Source: Gammaproteobacteria bacterium
Lineage (GTDB): Bacteria > Pseudomonadota > Gammaproteobacteria > GCA-2400775
Direction of reading: 5' to 3'
Length of the DNA: 64,000 nt
Assembly (NCBI GenBank): GCA_013151045.1
Contig: JAADIY010000007.1
Location: 8,095-72,094, forward strand
The notes beneath the pieces were generated by a model, which was not told the DNA's origin, ran no database searches, and was given only the letters and a program-made list of their open reading frames with translations. Position numbers and translations under genes: made by a program. Below, one piece after another: positions 22,729 through 32,203 of the stretch (its first letter is position 1; each line of letters opens with the position of its first letter).

Positions 22729-23676
22729 ATGAGCTATCGTCTTGGGGTCATAATGGACTCTATTGATTCTATCTATCCAGCTAAAGACAGCACACTGGCC
22801 ATGCTGCTTGAAGCGCAAGCGCGCGGTTACGAACTGCATTACATGCAGCAACATGACATCTCCGTACGCGAAGGCATCAGTTACTGTGCTAGCCAAAAAC
22901 TCAGCGTTACCGACGGTAACAAAGATTGGTTTCAACTGGGCGCAAGCCAAACGCAGCCCTTACATGAACTAGACCTTGTGCTCATGCGCAAAGACCCACC
23001 CTTTGATATGGAATACGTCTACACGACTTATGCCTTAGAGCTTGCTGAAAATAATGGCTGCTTAATCATCAATAAACCGCAGAGCTTGCGTGACGTAAAC
23101 GAAAAGATGTTCATCTCGTGGTTTCCACAATGCTGTGCAACCACGCTAATTTGCCGGAATCGCCAACAACTACGTAACTTTATCGATGAACAAAAAAACG
23201 TCGTGGTAAAACCACTTGACGGCATGGGCGGTGAATCCGTATTTCGTACTGCGATTGACGACCCAAACAAATCCGTAATTATCGATACTATCACTCAAAA
23301 TGGCGTACGCAGTGTCATGGCACAACGTTATATACCCGAAATCAGCGCAGGTGATAAACGCATTTTAATTGTAGATGGCGAACCTATTCCCTATGCACTT
23401 GCACGCATCCCTGCTGCAGGTGAAAGCAGAGGCAATCTAGCCGCAGGCGGCACCGGCAAAGGTGTTGAGCTCAGTGAACGTGACCGCTGGATTTGCCAAC
23501 AGGTCGGGCCAGAACTAAAAAAACGCGGCCTCGTTTTTGTCGGCCTAGATGTCATAGGCGACTATCTAACTGAAGTTAACGTTACCAGCCCTACATGCAT
23601 CCGCCAGCTCGATCATATCTATGATATTAATATCAGCGCCACTTTATTTGATGCTATTGAACGTAAACTGGCCTAG
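22729..23676 (+). CDS. gshB: glutathione synthetase
   Basis: 315 aa; N-terminal MSYRLGVIMDSIDSI..., ATP-grasp C-terminal half typical of GshB. Confidence 0.9.
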   Translation: MSYRLGVIMDSIDSIYPAKDSTLAMLLEAQARGYELHYMQQHDISVREGISYCASQKLSVTDGNKDWFQLGASQTQPLHELDLVLMRKDPPFDMEYVYTTYALELAENNGCLIINKPQSLRDVNEKMFISWFPQCCATTLICRNRQQLRNFIDEQKNVVVKPLDGMGGESVFRTAIDDPNKSVIIDTITQNGVRSVMAQRYIPEISAGDKRILIVDGEPIPYALARIPAAGESRGNLAAGGTGKGVELSERDRWICQQVGPELKKRGLVFVGLDVIGDYLTEVNVTSPTCIRQLDHIYDINISATLFDAIERKLA

Positions 23677-23690
23677 TTATTTTTATCTAT

Positions 23691-24025
23691 ATTAAGGGTG
23701 CCTCTAAAAATGAAGATTTTTTCATGAGCGCAAGGAAGCGCCATGCGCAGAATCGTACTAAGATCCCTACGGCATCATTAAGTACTTCTTCACGTTGTTC
23801 AGGTCGCACTAAGATCCCTGCGGCATCATTAAGTACTTCTTCACGTTGTTCAGGTCGCACTGAGATCCCTACGGCATCATTAAGTACTTCTTCACGTTGT
23901 TCAGGTCGCACTGACTGCGTGATAGATGAGGATTCACGCACGGAGCTGACGCCGCTATCGCGGATTCACGCACGGAGCTGACGCCGCTATCGCGGAAAAA
24001 GATCATTTTTAGAGACGCCCTTAAT
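23691..24025. mobile_element. ~335-bp MITE-like element: 23-bp terminal inverted repeats enclosing 3x51-bp and 2x32-bp tandem direct repeats
   Basis: Left end ATTAAGGGTGCCTCTAAAAATGA (23691-23713) vs reverse complement of right end TCATTTTTAGAGACGCCCTTAAT (24003-24025) match at 21/23; 51-bp units at 23761/23812/23863; 32-bp units at 23931/23963. Confidence 0.5.
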
Positions 24026-25091
24026 GCAATATCGACGCACTAGCGCATTACTCTCCTTACTATTTATCTGCATACTCGTTACTGCGTGCAGTAAAACACA
24101 GGATGAACCCATCTATCGCAATCAAATTTTTGCCTTTGGCACAATCGTTGAGCTCACCCTGTTCAATACTAATGACGAGACAGGAGACAAACTCAGCAGT
24201 GAAATTCGCCTGATGATGGAAGAATTTCATCATCACTGGCATGCCTGGCAAAACGGCCCACTCACTGAATTGAACAACGCACTAAGCGACACAAAAAACA
24301 AAACTAAGCAATACAATGTTAGCACTGAAGACGCCAAAGTAATAAACCAAGCATTAGCCCTGGCTAAAACTAGCGACGCCTTATTTCACCCAACATTAGG
24401 CAAGCTTATTGCACTATGGGGCTTTCATAAAGATGAACCCAACACTGTCCCACCAAGTGCTCAGCAGATTGTCGACACGCTTAACTCACTGCCTTCACTT
24501 GAAGACATCAGTATCGAAAACAACACTATTAGTAATAATGGCGATAAGCCCATACATTTTGATTTCGGTGGCTTTGCCAAAGGGGTTATCGTTGATCGCA
24601 CGATTAGGTTTTTACGCCAATCTGGCGTTGAAAATGCCATAGTCAACGCCGGTGGCGACTTACGTGCAATAGGCTCAGCAGGCAATCGCCCCTGGCGTAT
24701 AGGCATTCGTCACCCACGCGACTTAGGGGTGTTCGCTTCTCTCACCATAGACAATGATGAAGCGGTATTTACGTCTGGTGACTATGAACGTTATTTTGAA
24801 CATAATGGTCAACGCTACCACCATATCATCGACCCACGCAGTGGTTACCCGGCGAACACCATTGCCTCGGTAACCGTCGTGCATAATGACAGCGCAACTG
24901 CGGATGCCGCAGCAACGGCGCTATTCATTGCTGGCAAACAACATTGGCCGCGCATCGCCAAATCGATGGGTATTGAACACGTCATGATTATAGACAAAGA
25001 AAATAAAGTGGAAATTACCGCCAAGCTTGCACAACGAATGGAGTACGAAGTCACTCCACCACCCAATATTGAAATTCGCCACCTCCCCTAA
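24024..25091 (+). CDS. apbE: FAD:protein FMN transferase ApbE (lipoprotein)
   Basis: 355 aa; lipobox LVTAC; GGFAKGVIVDR and NAGGDLRAIG ApbE motifs. Confidence 0.85.
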   Translation: MQYRRTSALLSLLFICILVTACSKTQDEPIYRNQIFAFGTIVELTLFNTNDETGDKLSSEIRLMMEEFHHHWHAWQNGPLTELNNALSDTKNKTKQYNVSTEDAKVINQALALAKTSDALFHPTLGKLIALWGFHKDEPNTVPPSAQQIVDTLNSLPSLEDISIENNTISNNGDKPIHFDFGGFAKGVIVDRTIRFLRQSGVENAIVNAGGDLRAIGSAGNRPWRIGIRHPRDLGVFASLTIDNDEAVFTSGDYERYFEHNGQRYHHIIDPRSGYPANTIASVTVVHNDSATADAAATALFIAGKQHWPRIAKSMGIEHVMIIDKENKVEITAKLAQRMEYEVTPPPNIEIRHLP

Positions 25092-25106
25092 GGCTTAGCC
25101 CAGCTT

Positions 25107-25484
25107 ATGACTCGACCCGCAATCACCACTCTCGATATGCTGCTTATAGCCATAGCAATCGCCGCTTTACCTCTAGCTTACCAACAACTCTGGGGGCCTA
25201 ACTATCGCGGCACCGAAGTCAATATTCTTGTCACGGGACAAGAAAACCAACGCCATTCTTTACTACGCAACCAAACCTTAACGGTTAACGGCAAACTTGG
25301 TGACAGTGTCATTCGTATAAAAAATGGTAAAGCTGCCTTTATCAATTCGCCTTGTGCCAACAAACAATGCATCCACAGTGGTTGGTTAGATCGCAATGGC
25401 GATACTACCGCTTGCCTACCAAACCGCATTACGCTTAGTGTAGTAGGCAACGGTATTGCTCGCTACGACAGCGTTAATTTCTAA
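25107..25484 (+). CDS. NusG domain II-containing small membrane-anchored protein (DUF1312-like)
   Basis: 125 aa; N-terminal TM helix and conserved Cys pairs; family assigned from recalled recurrent neighbourhood ApbE / NusG_II / Hpre_diP_synt_I. Confidence 0.5.
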   Translation: MTRPAITTLDMLLIAIAIAALPLAYQQLWGPNYRGTEVNILVTGQENQRHSLLRNQTLTVNGKLGDSVIRIKNGKAAFINSPCANKQCIHSGWLDRNGDTTACLPNRITLSVVGNGIARYDSVNF

Positions 25485-26065
25485 TGTCAGCAAACACCAA
25501 GGCCATCAGCAATAGCATTGCTAGCCAACGACACGACCATATCATTGCCTGGTTTGCCGCACTCGCCATCGCCATCCATGTACTTGAGAGTGTGATACCG
25601 AGTCCTCTTCCCGGAATCAAAATTGGCCTCGCCAATATCGTTACCATCATTGTCTTAGTACACTTTGGCTGGCGTACCGCAGCCTGGGTATCACTCTTGC
25701 GCGTACTTATAGGTAGCTTGATCATTGGCAGCTTTCTATCGCCTACTTTTGTTCTGAGCCTAAGCGGTGCCTGCGCCAGTCTCATTGTCATAGGCCTAGC
25801 CTATACTTTGTTGGGCGATAAACTGAGCGCACTCGGATATAGTGTATTAGCGGCTATTGCGCATATTTTGGCGCAATTTTGGGCTGCCTATTGGTTGTTT
25901 ATTCCACACGATGCCTTATTTCACCTACTGCCAGTGCTGCTAACGGTCGCTATAATCACAGGTATAGTCAATGGTATTCTTGCCCTTGCTGTGCAAAAAC
26001 GTTTAAAACCATTAATTTACGAATCAATACACACCGATGAGCAACCCGCAAAGTCATCACAGTGA
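25484..26065 (+). CDS. Gx transporter family protein (Hpre_diP_synt_I / 'heptaprenyl diphosphate synthase component I'-like integral membrane protein)
   Basis: 193 aa, ~5 TM helices, start overlaps the upstream stop (TAATG); recalled family resemblance. Confidence 0.55.
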   Translation: MSANTKAISNSIASQRHDHIIAWFAALAIAIHVLESVIPSPLPGIKIGLANIVTIIVLVHFGWRTAAWVSLLRVLIGSLIIGSFLSPTFVLSLSGACASLIVIGLAYTLLGDKLSALGYSVLAAIAHILAQFWAAYWLFIPHDALFHLLPVLLTVAIITGIVNGILALAVQKRLKPLIYESIHTDEQPAKSSQ

Positions 26066-26903
26066 CCACCTAACATTAACGTTATTTTTTGCGTTATTAC
26101 TGCACGCCTTTATTATCTTAGGTGTGAGCTTTTCACCGCAAGATTATTCTCAAATTCAGCGACATACCATGGACATAACCCTTGTCCACCAAGAAAACGA
26201 AGACGAACAAAACGATGCCAAAGTACTAGCACAAGCCAACCAAGATGGTGGCAGCGAAACTGAGCACGAACAGGCATCTGCCAGCCCATCAGCGGCTCCT
26301 ATCCAGCCTCCTTCACCGTCACTTGAACAACAGCCGCAACAGCAAAGCTCACCAGCACGTAGCGAGCAAGAAACAAAAAAAATTGCGGTTAAAAAAGAGA
26401 CTGGCAAAATCCGCGAGCAAACGGCAAAAAAACCCGTAGAAAAAGAATCACCTCAACCTAGTGCAGCAGAGCTGGTTTCGCGCAGCCTAGCAATGGCTAG
26501 AATGAGTAGTGAAATCGGCCCAATCAAAAACGCACAAAGTAATAATCCTCGGCGCCGCCTCATCACAACTAAGACCAAAGAATTTCGCGACGCTGCCTAT
26601 TTTGATTCGTGGCGTAAAAAAATCGAGAAAATAGGTAATCTTAATTATCCAGAAGAAGCGCGGCGACGCAAACTTAGCGGCAAACTCAGACTCGATGTCG
26701 GGCTATTCCCAGATGGCTCGATTGAAAGCATCACCGTCATTAAGTCATCAGGCAAAAAACTGCTCGATGATGCGGCAATTCGTATCGTTAAACTGGCCGC
26801 CCCTTTTTCACCCTTCCCTAAAGAAATGCGTGGTGACACCGATGTGTTAATTATTAGCCGTGTCTGGGAGTTTGGCGGTACTGGCGGCTTTTTATCACGC
26901 TAA
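26037..26903 (+). CDS. tonB: TonB family energy transducer (TonB3-like)
   Basis: 288 aa; N-terminal TM, Pro/Gln-rich linker (PIQPPSPSLEQQPQQQ), C-terminal TonB domain (YPEEARRRKLSGKLRLDV...); synteny with P. aeruginosa tonB3-yqgE-yqgF-pyrR. Confidence 0.7.
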   Translation: MSNPQSHHSDHLTLTLFFALLLHAFIILGVSFSPQDYSQIQRHTMDITLVHQENEDEQNDAKVLAQANQDGGSETEHEQASASPSAAPIQPPSPSLEQQPQQQSSPARSEQETKKIAVKKETGKIREQTAKKPVEKESPQPSAAELVSRSLAMARMSSEIGPIKNAQSNNPRRRLITTKTKEFRDAAYFDSWRKKIEKIGNLNYPEEARRRKLSGKLRLDVGLFPDGSIESITVIKSSGKKLLDDAAIRIVKLAAPFSPFPKEMRGDTDVLIISRVWEFGGTGGFLSR

Positions 26904-27078
26904 GGCCCAGCAAAGTAAGTACTATTACTTGTGAGCCATGACTAAAACCTTATACTTTAGGAGGTATTCTCAGCCATCTTGATTATTCTGTGCTAGATTT
27001 AGCTAATCTTCTCAAATAAACGATAGGCTGTTTTGCCAAAAATTACTATAAAAACAACGCCACACAAAGCCCAGCGTA

Positions 27079-27241
27079 TTTTTTGCTCTAGCCGCGTTGC
27101 ACCCCAAGAGCATGCCCCCGCAAAAGCGTGGGGGCACCTAGTACCCCAAGAGCCTGTCCCCGCAAAAGCGTGGGGGCACTTATTCCCTCACTTATATAGC
27201 ATATCTACACGGCATTCACCCCGCCTTGCTAGAGCAAAAAA
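27079..27241. repeat. REP/MITE-like element: 14-bp perfect terminal inverted repeats (TTTTTTGCTCTAGC / GCTAGAGCAAAAAA) enclosing two tandem 36-bp hairpin-forming repeats
   Basis: Copies at 27102-27137 and 27144-27179 (CCCCAAGAGC(A/C)TG(C/T)CCCCGCAAAAGCGTGGGGGCAC), each with an internal GC stem-loop. Confidence 0.55.
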
Positions 27242-27264
27242 TACACAGCGGCAAAATAATCAAT

Positions 27265-27849
27265 ATGACTGACAACACCCCCAAGATAGAAGACACTCTT
27301 AGCCTAAGTAATCAGTTTCTGATTGCCATGCCGTCGCTTAACGACCACAATTTTTCACGCAGCGTTACGTATATATGCCAGCACAACGAGCATGGTGCCA
27401 TGGGTATAGTCATTAATCAGCCATTAGAACTCACGCTTGGCGAAGTATTAAGCGACCTAGAGCTCGACACTGATCAAGAGACAATTCGTGACAGTACCGT
27501 ATTTCTCGGTGGCCCAGTGCAATGTGAGCGCGGCTTTGTCCTACACCAACCCGTTGGTGAATGGGAAGCCACACTTAATATTAGCGATGAAATTGGACTT
27601 ACCGCGTCGCGCAGTATTTTGGCTTCTATTGCTAAAGGTCATGGGCCGAGAAATAATATTGTTGTGCTCGGCTATGCCGGCTGGGCAGCCGGTCAACTAG
27701 AACAAGAGCTATTAGCCAATAGCTGGCTCAGCGGCCCTGCTGATAATGAGATTATTTTTGATCTACCTATTGAAGAACGTTGGCAAGCAGCGGCGACACA
27801 CGCGGGTATCGACATTACTCGCCTGTCTAGCGATGTGGGACACGCATGA
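27265..27849 (+). CDS. yqgE: YqgE/AlgH family protein (UPF0301)
   Basis: LIAMPSLNDHNFSRSVTYICQHNEHGAMGIVINQP motif; start set at internal ATG after the REP element (ORF track starts 27226). Confidence 0.85.
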   Translation: MTDNTPKIEDTLSLSNQFLIAMPSLNDHNFSRSVTYICQHNEHGAMGIVINQPLELTLGEVLSDLELDTDQETIRDSTVFLGGPVQCERGFVLHQPVGEWEATLNISDEIGLTASRSILASIAKGHGPRNNIVVLGYAGWAAGQLEQELLANSWLSGPADNEIIFDLPIEERWQAAATHAGIDITRLSSDVGHA

Positions 27850-28379
27850 CATCAAATCAAACTAAGCAAAAACACTATGGACAACGTACTCTGCTCGGTT
27901 TCGATCATGGCACTCGCTGTATTGGCGTCGCTGTCGGACAAGAACTCACTGGTAGCACACAACCTATAGTGACACTCAAAGCTCAAAACGGTGAACCACG
28001 CTGGGAAGAGATTGATAAATTGGTTAAAACTTGGGCCGCCGATGCGCTAATCGTCGGCATTCCACTGGATCTCGACGATACCCGTCAAGAAATGACCGAA
28101 CGTGCCGAAGACTTTGCCAGAGCTTTATTAAAGCGCTATCAATTGCCCGTATTTCATAGTGATGAACGTCTAACTTCAATGGAAGCTAAGAATCACTTAC
28201 CACCGAACACTAAAGCCACCCAGCGTCGTGATGACTGGCAGCGCAAATCTATTCTTGACCAAGTCGCCGCACAATTGATTCTGCAAACGTGGTTGTCTGG
28301 CTCGCAAGATGACCAACCGATTAGCTTAACCTCATCTACCATAACGTCCCCGCAAGGTAATAATGCTAATGGCTCTTGA
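27846..28379 (+). CDS. ruvX: Holliday junction resolvase-like RuvX/YqgF (with ~35-aa C-terminal extension)
   Basis: LLGFDHGTRCIGVAVG...ALIVGIPL motifs; 177 aa versus ~140 typical. Confidence 0.85.
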   Translation: MTSNQTKQKHYGQRTLLGFDHGTRCIGVAVGQELTGSTQPIVTLKAQNGEPRWEEIDKLVKTWAADALIVGIPLDLDDTRQEMTERAEDFARALLKRYQLPVFHSDERLTSMEAKNHLPPNTKATQRRDDWQRKSILDQVAAQLILQTWLSGSQDDQPISLTSSTITSPQGNNANGS

Positions 28380-28896
28380 ATCACCTGACGTTCTGCTGAG
28401 CAAAATGGCTGAGCAGCTTAAGACACGCATCAACAATCAACACATCGACAACCCCGCAATGATTGGCATACACACTGGCGGAGTATGGGTCGCGAGACAT
28501 TTGCATCAACAGCTTGGCATTGAAGAGCCTCTAGGCACTCTCGACATCTCTTTTTATCGAGATGATTTCAGCCGCATCGGCATGAGCCCTCAGGTCAAAC
28601 CTTCGCAGCTACCGTTTAGTATTGATGATCGCAACATCATTTTGGTCGATGACGTCCTTTACACTGGGCGTACTATTCGTGCAGCGCTCAACGAGCTATT
28701 TGATTACGGACGCCCTGCCAGCATCACCTTAGCCGTGCTCATCGTCCGTAGCGGCCGCGAAATACCTATCAGTGCTGATGTAGCAGGTACAGAGCTGGTA
28801 CTTGAAAAGCATCAGCAAATTAAGCTCTACGTACCCGCGGGGTGCAAAGGGACTGATGCCTTGTCATTAGAAATCGTCGAGGTCAGCAATAATTAG
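28363..28896 (+). CDS. pyrR: bifunctional pyrimidine regulatory protein / uracil phosphoribosyltransferase PyrR
   Basis: 177 aa; PRTase motif ILVDDVLYTGRTIRAA. Confidence 0.9.
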   Translation: MLMALESPDVLLSKMAEQLKTRINNQHIDNPAMIGIHTGGVWVARHLHQQLGIEEPLGTLDISFYRDDFSRIGMSPQVKPSQLPFSIDDRNIILVDDVLYTGRTIRAALNELFDYGRPASITLAVLIVRSGREIPISADVAGTELVLEKHQQIKLYVPAGCKGTDALSLEIVEVSNN

Positions 28897-28949
28897 CCGA
28901 TGTCCCGCTTACTGATGCCGAATAGCCGATATATAGAACACACGAGGGT

Positions 28950-29954
28950 GTGTATAATGCTGCCCATCTCATGAAGCAGCGACATCTTCAACTAGACAAC
29001 AATAAGCGCCTGCGTCACTTTTTGACAACCGAAGGCCTGAAACGCGATCTTCTTGTAGAAATACTCGATACCGCCGAATCTTTTACCAGTGTTGCCCATC
29101 AACAAGTAAAAAAAGTCCCACTGCTACGCGGTAAAACCGTCGTTAATTTATTCTTTGAAGCCAGCACACGTACACGCACTACCTTTGAGCTTGCCGCTAA
29201 ACGTCTCTCCGCAGATGTGTTAAATATTAATGTCCCGGCATCGGCAACAAACAAAGGCGAAACACTGCTTGATACCCTGCGTAACTTAGAGGCTATGCAC
29301 TGCGACATGTTTGTCGTACGTCACCAAAATAGCGGCGCCGCACATTTTATTGCCGAACACTGCGCGCCACACATAAGCGTATTGAACGCTGGCGATGGTG
29401 CTCATGCACATCCGACACAAGCGATGATCGACATGTTTACCATACGCCGACACAAACAAGAATTTCACAATCTCTCCGTCGCTATAGTCGGCGATATTTT
29501 GCATTCACGCGTAGCGCGCTCGCAAATACACGCCTTAAGCACACTGGGCGTGCCTGATATTCGGGTGATAGCCCCGCGGACACTTATCCCTGCTGAAGCC
29601 AATAGTTTAGGAGTTCATGTCTACCACGATTTAGACGCTGGACTTAAAGACGTTGACGTCATCATTATGTTACGACTGCAACGCGAGCGCATGAGTAGCG
29701 CGCTGCTACCTAGCGAACAGGAATACTTCAAACTCTATGGCCTAACCAAAGAAAAATTGGCCTTAGCAAAACCTGATGTCATTGTTATGCACCCCGGGCC
29801 AATAAACCGCGGCGTTGAAATGGACTCGTCTGTCGCTGATGGTAAACATTCTGTCATATTGCAGCAAGTCAGCCACGGTATATCGATTCGCATGGCAGTG
29901 ATGTCTATGACTATGCAATCACAAGTCGCGCAACGTAGCGAGCAAGCACAATGA
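28950..29954 (+). CDS. pyrB: aspartate carbamoyltransferase catalytic subunit
   Basis: 334 aa; FFEASTRTR and HPTQ signature motifs. Confidence 0.9.
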   Translation: MYNAAHLMKQRHLQLDNNKRLRHFLTTEGLKRDLLVEILDTAESFTSVAHQQVKKVPLLRGKTVVNLFFEASTRTRTTFELAAKRLSADVLNINVPASATNKGETLLDTLRNLEAMHCDMFVVRHQNSGAAHFIAEHCAPHISVLNAGDGAHAHPTQAMIDMFTIRRHKQEFHNLSVAIVGDILHSRVARSQIHALSTLGVPDIRVIAPRTLIPAEANSLGVHVYHDLDAGLKDVDVIIMLRLQRERMSSALLPSEQEYFKLYGLTKEKLALAKPDVIVMHPGPINRGVEMDSSVADGKHSVILQQVSHGISIRMAVMSMTMQSQVAQRSEQAQ

Positions 29955-31240
29955 GCGCGCAGAAAATACACATTCGCGGTGGCACCGTAGTTGATCCGGC
30001 TAACGGCATCAATGGACAGCGCGATATATTTATCAGCGAAGGGAAAATTACTGCTGTCTCTAACGACGTGCCAAAAGGTTTTAAAGCCGACAGCGTTATA
30101 GATGCTAGCGGTCATATCGTCTGCCCCGGCTTGGTCGATATGTGCGCGCGTTTACGTGAACCAGGGCAAGAATCAAAAGCCACCATCGCCAGCGAAACTA
30201 CTGCCGCTGCCGCTGCCGGCATTACGTCATTATGCTGCCCGCCTGATACCGACCCAGTTATCGATACACCTGCTGTTGCCACGCTAATTCAAGACAAAGC
30301 AAAAGATTCGGGCAAGACATTTGTCTATACACTCGGCGCACTAACCCAAGAGCTAGAGGGAGAACGCCTCAGCGAAATGGGCTCACTCAAGGCCGCTGGC
30401 TGCGTTGGCGTAAGCAATGCTTATTCACCCTTTAAAAACACATTAATCTTACGACATGCCTTGGAGTATGCGGCAAGCCATGACCTCGTCGTCCATTTAC
30501 ATGCAGAAGATAAAGACCTACGCAAAGATGGCTGTGTCCATGAAGGACAAATTAGCACTCGCCTTGGCCTAGCAGGCAATCCCACCGCCGCAGAAACCGT
30601 TGCCGTCAGCCAAATATTAGCGTTGATTGAACAAATTGGCGTTAAAGCCCATTTTTGTCGCTTATCAACAGCACGTGCGGTACAAATGATTGCCAGGGCA
30701 CAATACAGCGGCTTACAAGTGACCGCAGACGTTAGCGCGCACCAACTGCACCTTACTGATATGGACGTGGGCTATTTCAATAGCGACTGCCATGTATCAC
30801 CACCGCTGCGCAGCTTACGTGACCGTGAAGGCCTCCGTGCCGGTCTCAGCAAAGGAACGATTAGTGCCATTTGCTCCGATCATCAGCCACACGAAGCCGA
30901 TGCCAAATTAGCGCCGTTTGCTGCAACAGAACCGGGCATATCGTCTCTTGAAACTTTGCTGCCGCTGAGTTTGCGCCTCGTTAACGAAGGCCTTATCGAA
31001 CTGAGTCCGCTCATTGCCTCATTAACGCATAAGCCTGCGCAACTGCTCGGCATCGAAGCTGGCACACTCAGCCCTGGATCACTCGCCGATGTGTGTATCT
31101 ACGACCCAGAACGAGAATGGCAACTCGATAACGACACCATACGTAGCCAAGGCCACAATACGCCAATGATGCATTGGCAGTTTACTGGGCAAGTCACCCA
31201 TACCCTGCTCCACGGCAAGGTCATCTTCCAACTCGATTAA
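29951..31240 (+). CDS. pyrC': dihydroorotase-like protein (PyrC', probable non-catalytic ATCase partner)
   Basis: 429 aa amidohydrolase fold; pyrR-pyrB-pyrC' order as in Pseudomonas. Confidence 0.8.
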   Translation: MSAQKIHIRGGTVVDPANGINGQRDIFISEGKITAVSNDVPKGFKADSVIDASGHIVCPGLVDMCARLREPGQESKATIASETTAAAAAGITSLCCPPDTDPVIDTPAVATLIQDKAKDSGKTFVYTLGALTQELEGERLSEMGSLKAAGCVGVSNAYSPFKNTLILRHALEYAASHDLVVHLHAEDKDLRKDGCVHEGQISTRLGLAGNPTAAETVAVSQILALIEQIGVKAHFCRLSTARAVQMIARAQYSGLQVTADVSAHQLHLTDMDVGYFNSDCHVSPPLRSLRDREGLRAGLSKGTISAICSDHQPHEADAKLAPFAATEPGISSLETLLPLSLRLVNEGLIELSPLIASLTHKPAQLLGIEAGTLSPGSLADVCIYDPEREWQLDNDTIRSQGHNTPMMHWQFTGQVTHTLLHGKVIFQLD

Positions 31241-31248
31241 GTATTATT

Positions 31249-32145
31249 ATGAGCAGTCACAAACACCCAGCGCATCGCGGCTCTATTTTTGTCGAAGATG
31301 CAACCATTATCAGTCACCAACGTTTCGATGCAGATCAATACATACTGCGCCTATCGTCTGCACGCTGCGCCAAACGCGCCGAACCTGGCAGCTTTTCGCA
31401 TCTGCAATGTAGCAAAGATTTACCTATGCGCCGCCCGCTATCAATCATGCGCGTCGACAAACAAGCTGGCTGGGTCGAATATCTTTATCGTGATGTCGGG
31501 CTGGGCACGCACGCCTTGGCGCAACGACAAATCGGTGAAGTGATTAGCGTCATGGGCCCCATTGGCAAACCGTTTGCGACAACCGCTAATAAATCTCGTC
31601 CTCTGCTTATCGGCGGTGGTGTCGGTATTCCACCAATGATTTTCTTGGCTGAACGTTTAAAACAAGAGGGCATAGCGCCATTAGTGCTCATGGGCTCTGA
31701 AGTTCCTTACCCATTTCAAACACAGTCTTCATCGCTCGCAGTCCCCGGCCTTGATAGCGATGATACAAACTATGGCATTACCTTGTTAGAAGACATGGGG
31801 GTTGCCAGCCGCCTTGCTAGCTTACAAAACTACGAAGGCTGCTTTCAGGGTTATGTCACTGATCTCGGCCGTGCTTACCTGCAAGCCTTATCAACTGAAG
31901 AGCTCGCTGAAGTGGAAATATTTAGCTGCGGCCCACACCCTATGTTAGAGGCATGTGCCAAACTCGCCCAAGAGTTCTCACTTGATTGCCAAATTTCACT
32001 TGAAGAATATATGGCTTGTGCCGTCGGCGGTTGTGCAGGCTGTGTGGTAGAGATTCAAACTGACTCAGGCCCCGCTATGCAACGCGTTTGTGTTGATGGA
32101 CCAATATTCGACGCTAAGCAAGTTTATCCTGCCATCTACGCTTAA
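31249..32145 (+). CDS. PyrK-like FAD / 2Fe-2S electron-transfer protein (dihydroorotate dehydrogenase electron transfer subunit family)
   Basis: RRPLSIM FAD-binding motif and C-terminal CAVGGCAGCVVE Cys cluster as in PyrK; start set at ATG 9 bp after the pyrC' stop (ORF track starts 31174). Confidence 0.6.
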   Translation: MSSHKHPAHRGSIFVEDATIISHQRFDADQYILRLSSARCAKRAEPGSFSHLQCSKDLPMRRPLSIMRVDKQAGWVEYLYRDVGLGTHALAQRQIGEVISVMGPIGKPFATTANKSRPLLIGGGVGIPPMIFLAERLKQEGIAPLVLMGSEVPYPFQTQSSSLAVPGLDSDDTNYGITLLEDMGVASRLASLQNYEGCFQGYVTDLGRAYLQALSTEELAEVEIFSCGPHPMLEACAKLAQEFSLDCQISLEEYMACAVGGCAGCVVEIQTDSGPAMQRVCVDGPIFDAKQVYPAIYA

Positions 32146-32203
32146 TATTTTACTGAAAAAGCATTTAACGAATTATTATTCACTAACTACCAATGTAGGG
32201 ATA

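Noticed and set aside
23687-23981. Two ORFs (84 aa on - and 85 aa on +) with internal peptide repeats (VRPEQREEVLNDAVGI x3)
   Set aside because: They lie entirely within the 3x51-bp tandem DNA repeat, and a 51-bp period keeps frame on both strands. There is no RBS. The region is better explained as a MITE-like non-coding element.
23761-23994. Possible CRISPR array
   Set aside because: The repeats are directly contiguous tandem copies with no unique spacers, and there are no cas genes. Not CRISPR.
27033-27272. 79-aa ORF upstream of yqgE
   Set aside because: It spans the REP doublet and its inverted repeats, and its peptide repeats (QEHAPAKAWGHLVPQE x2) mirror the DNA repeats. Artefact.
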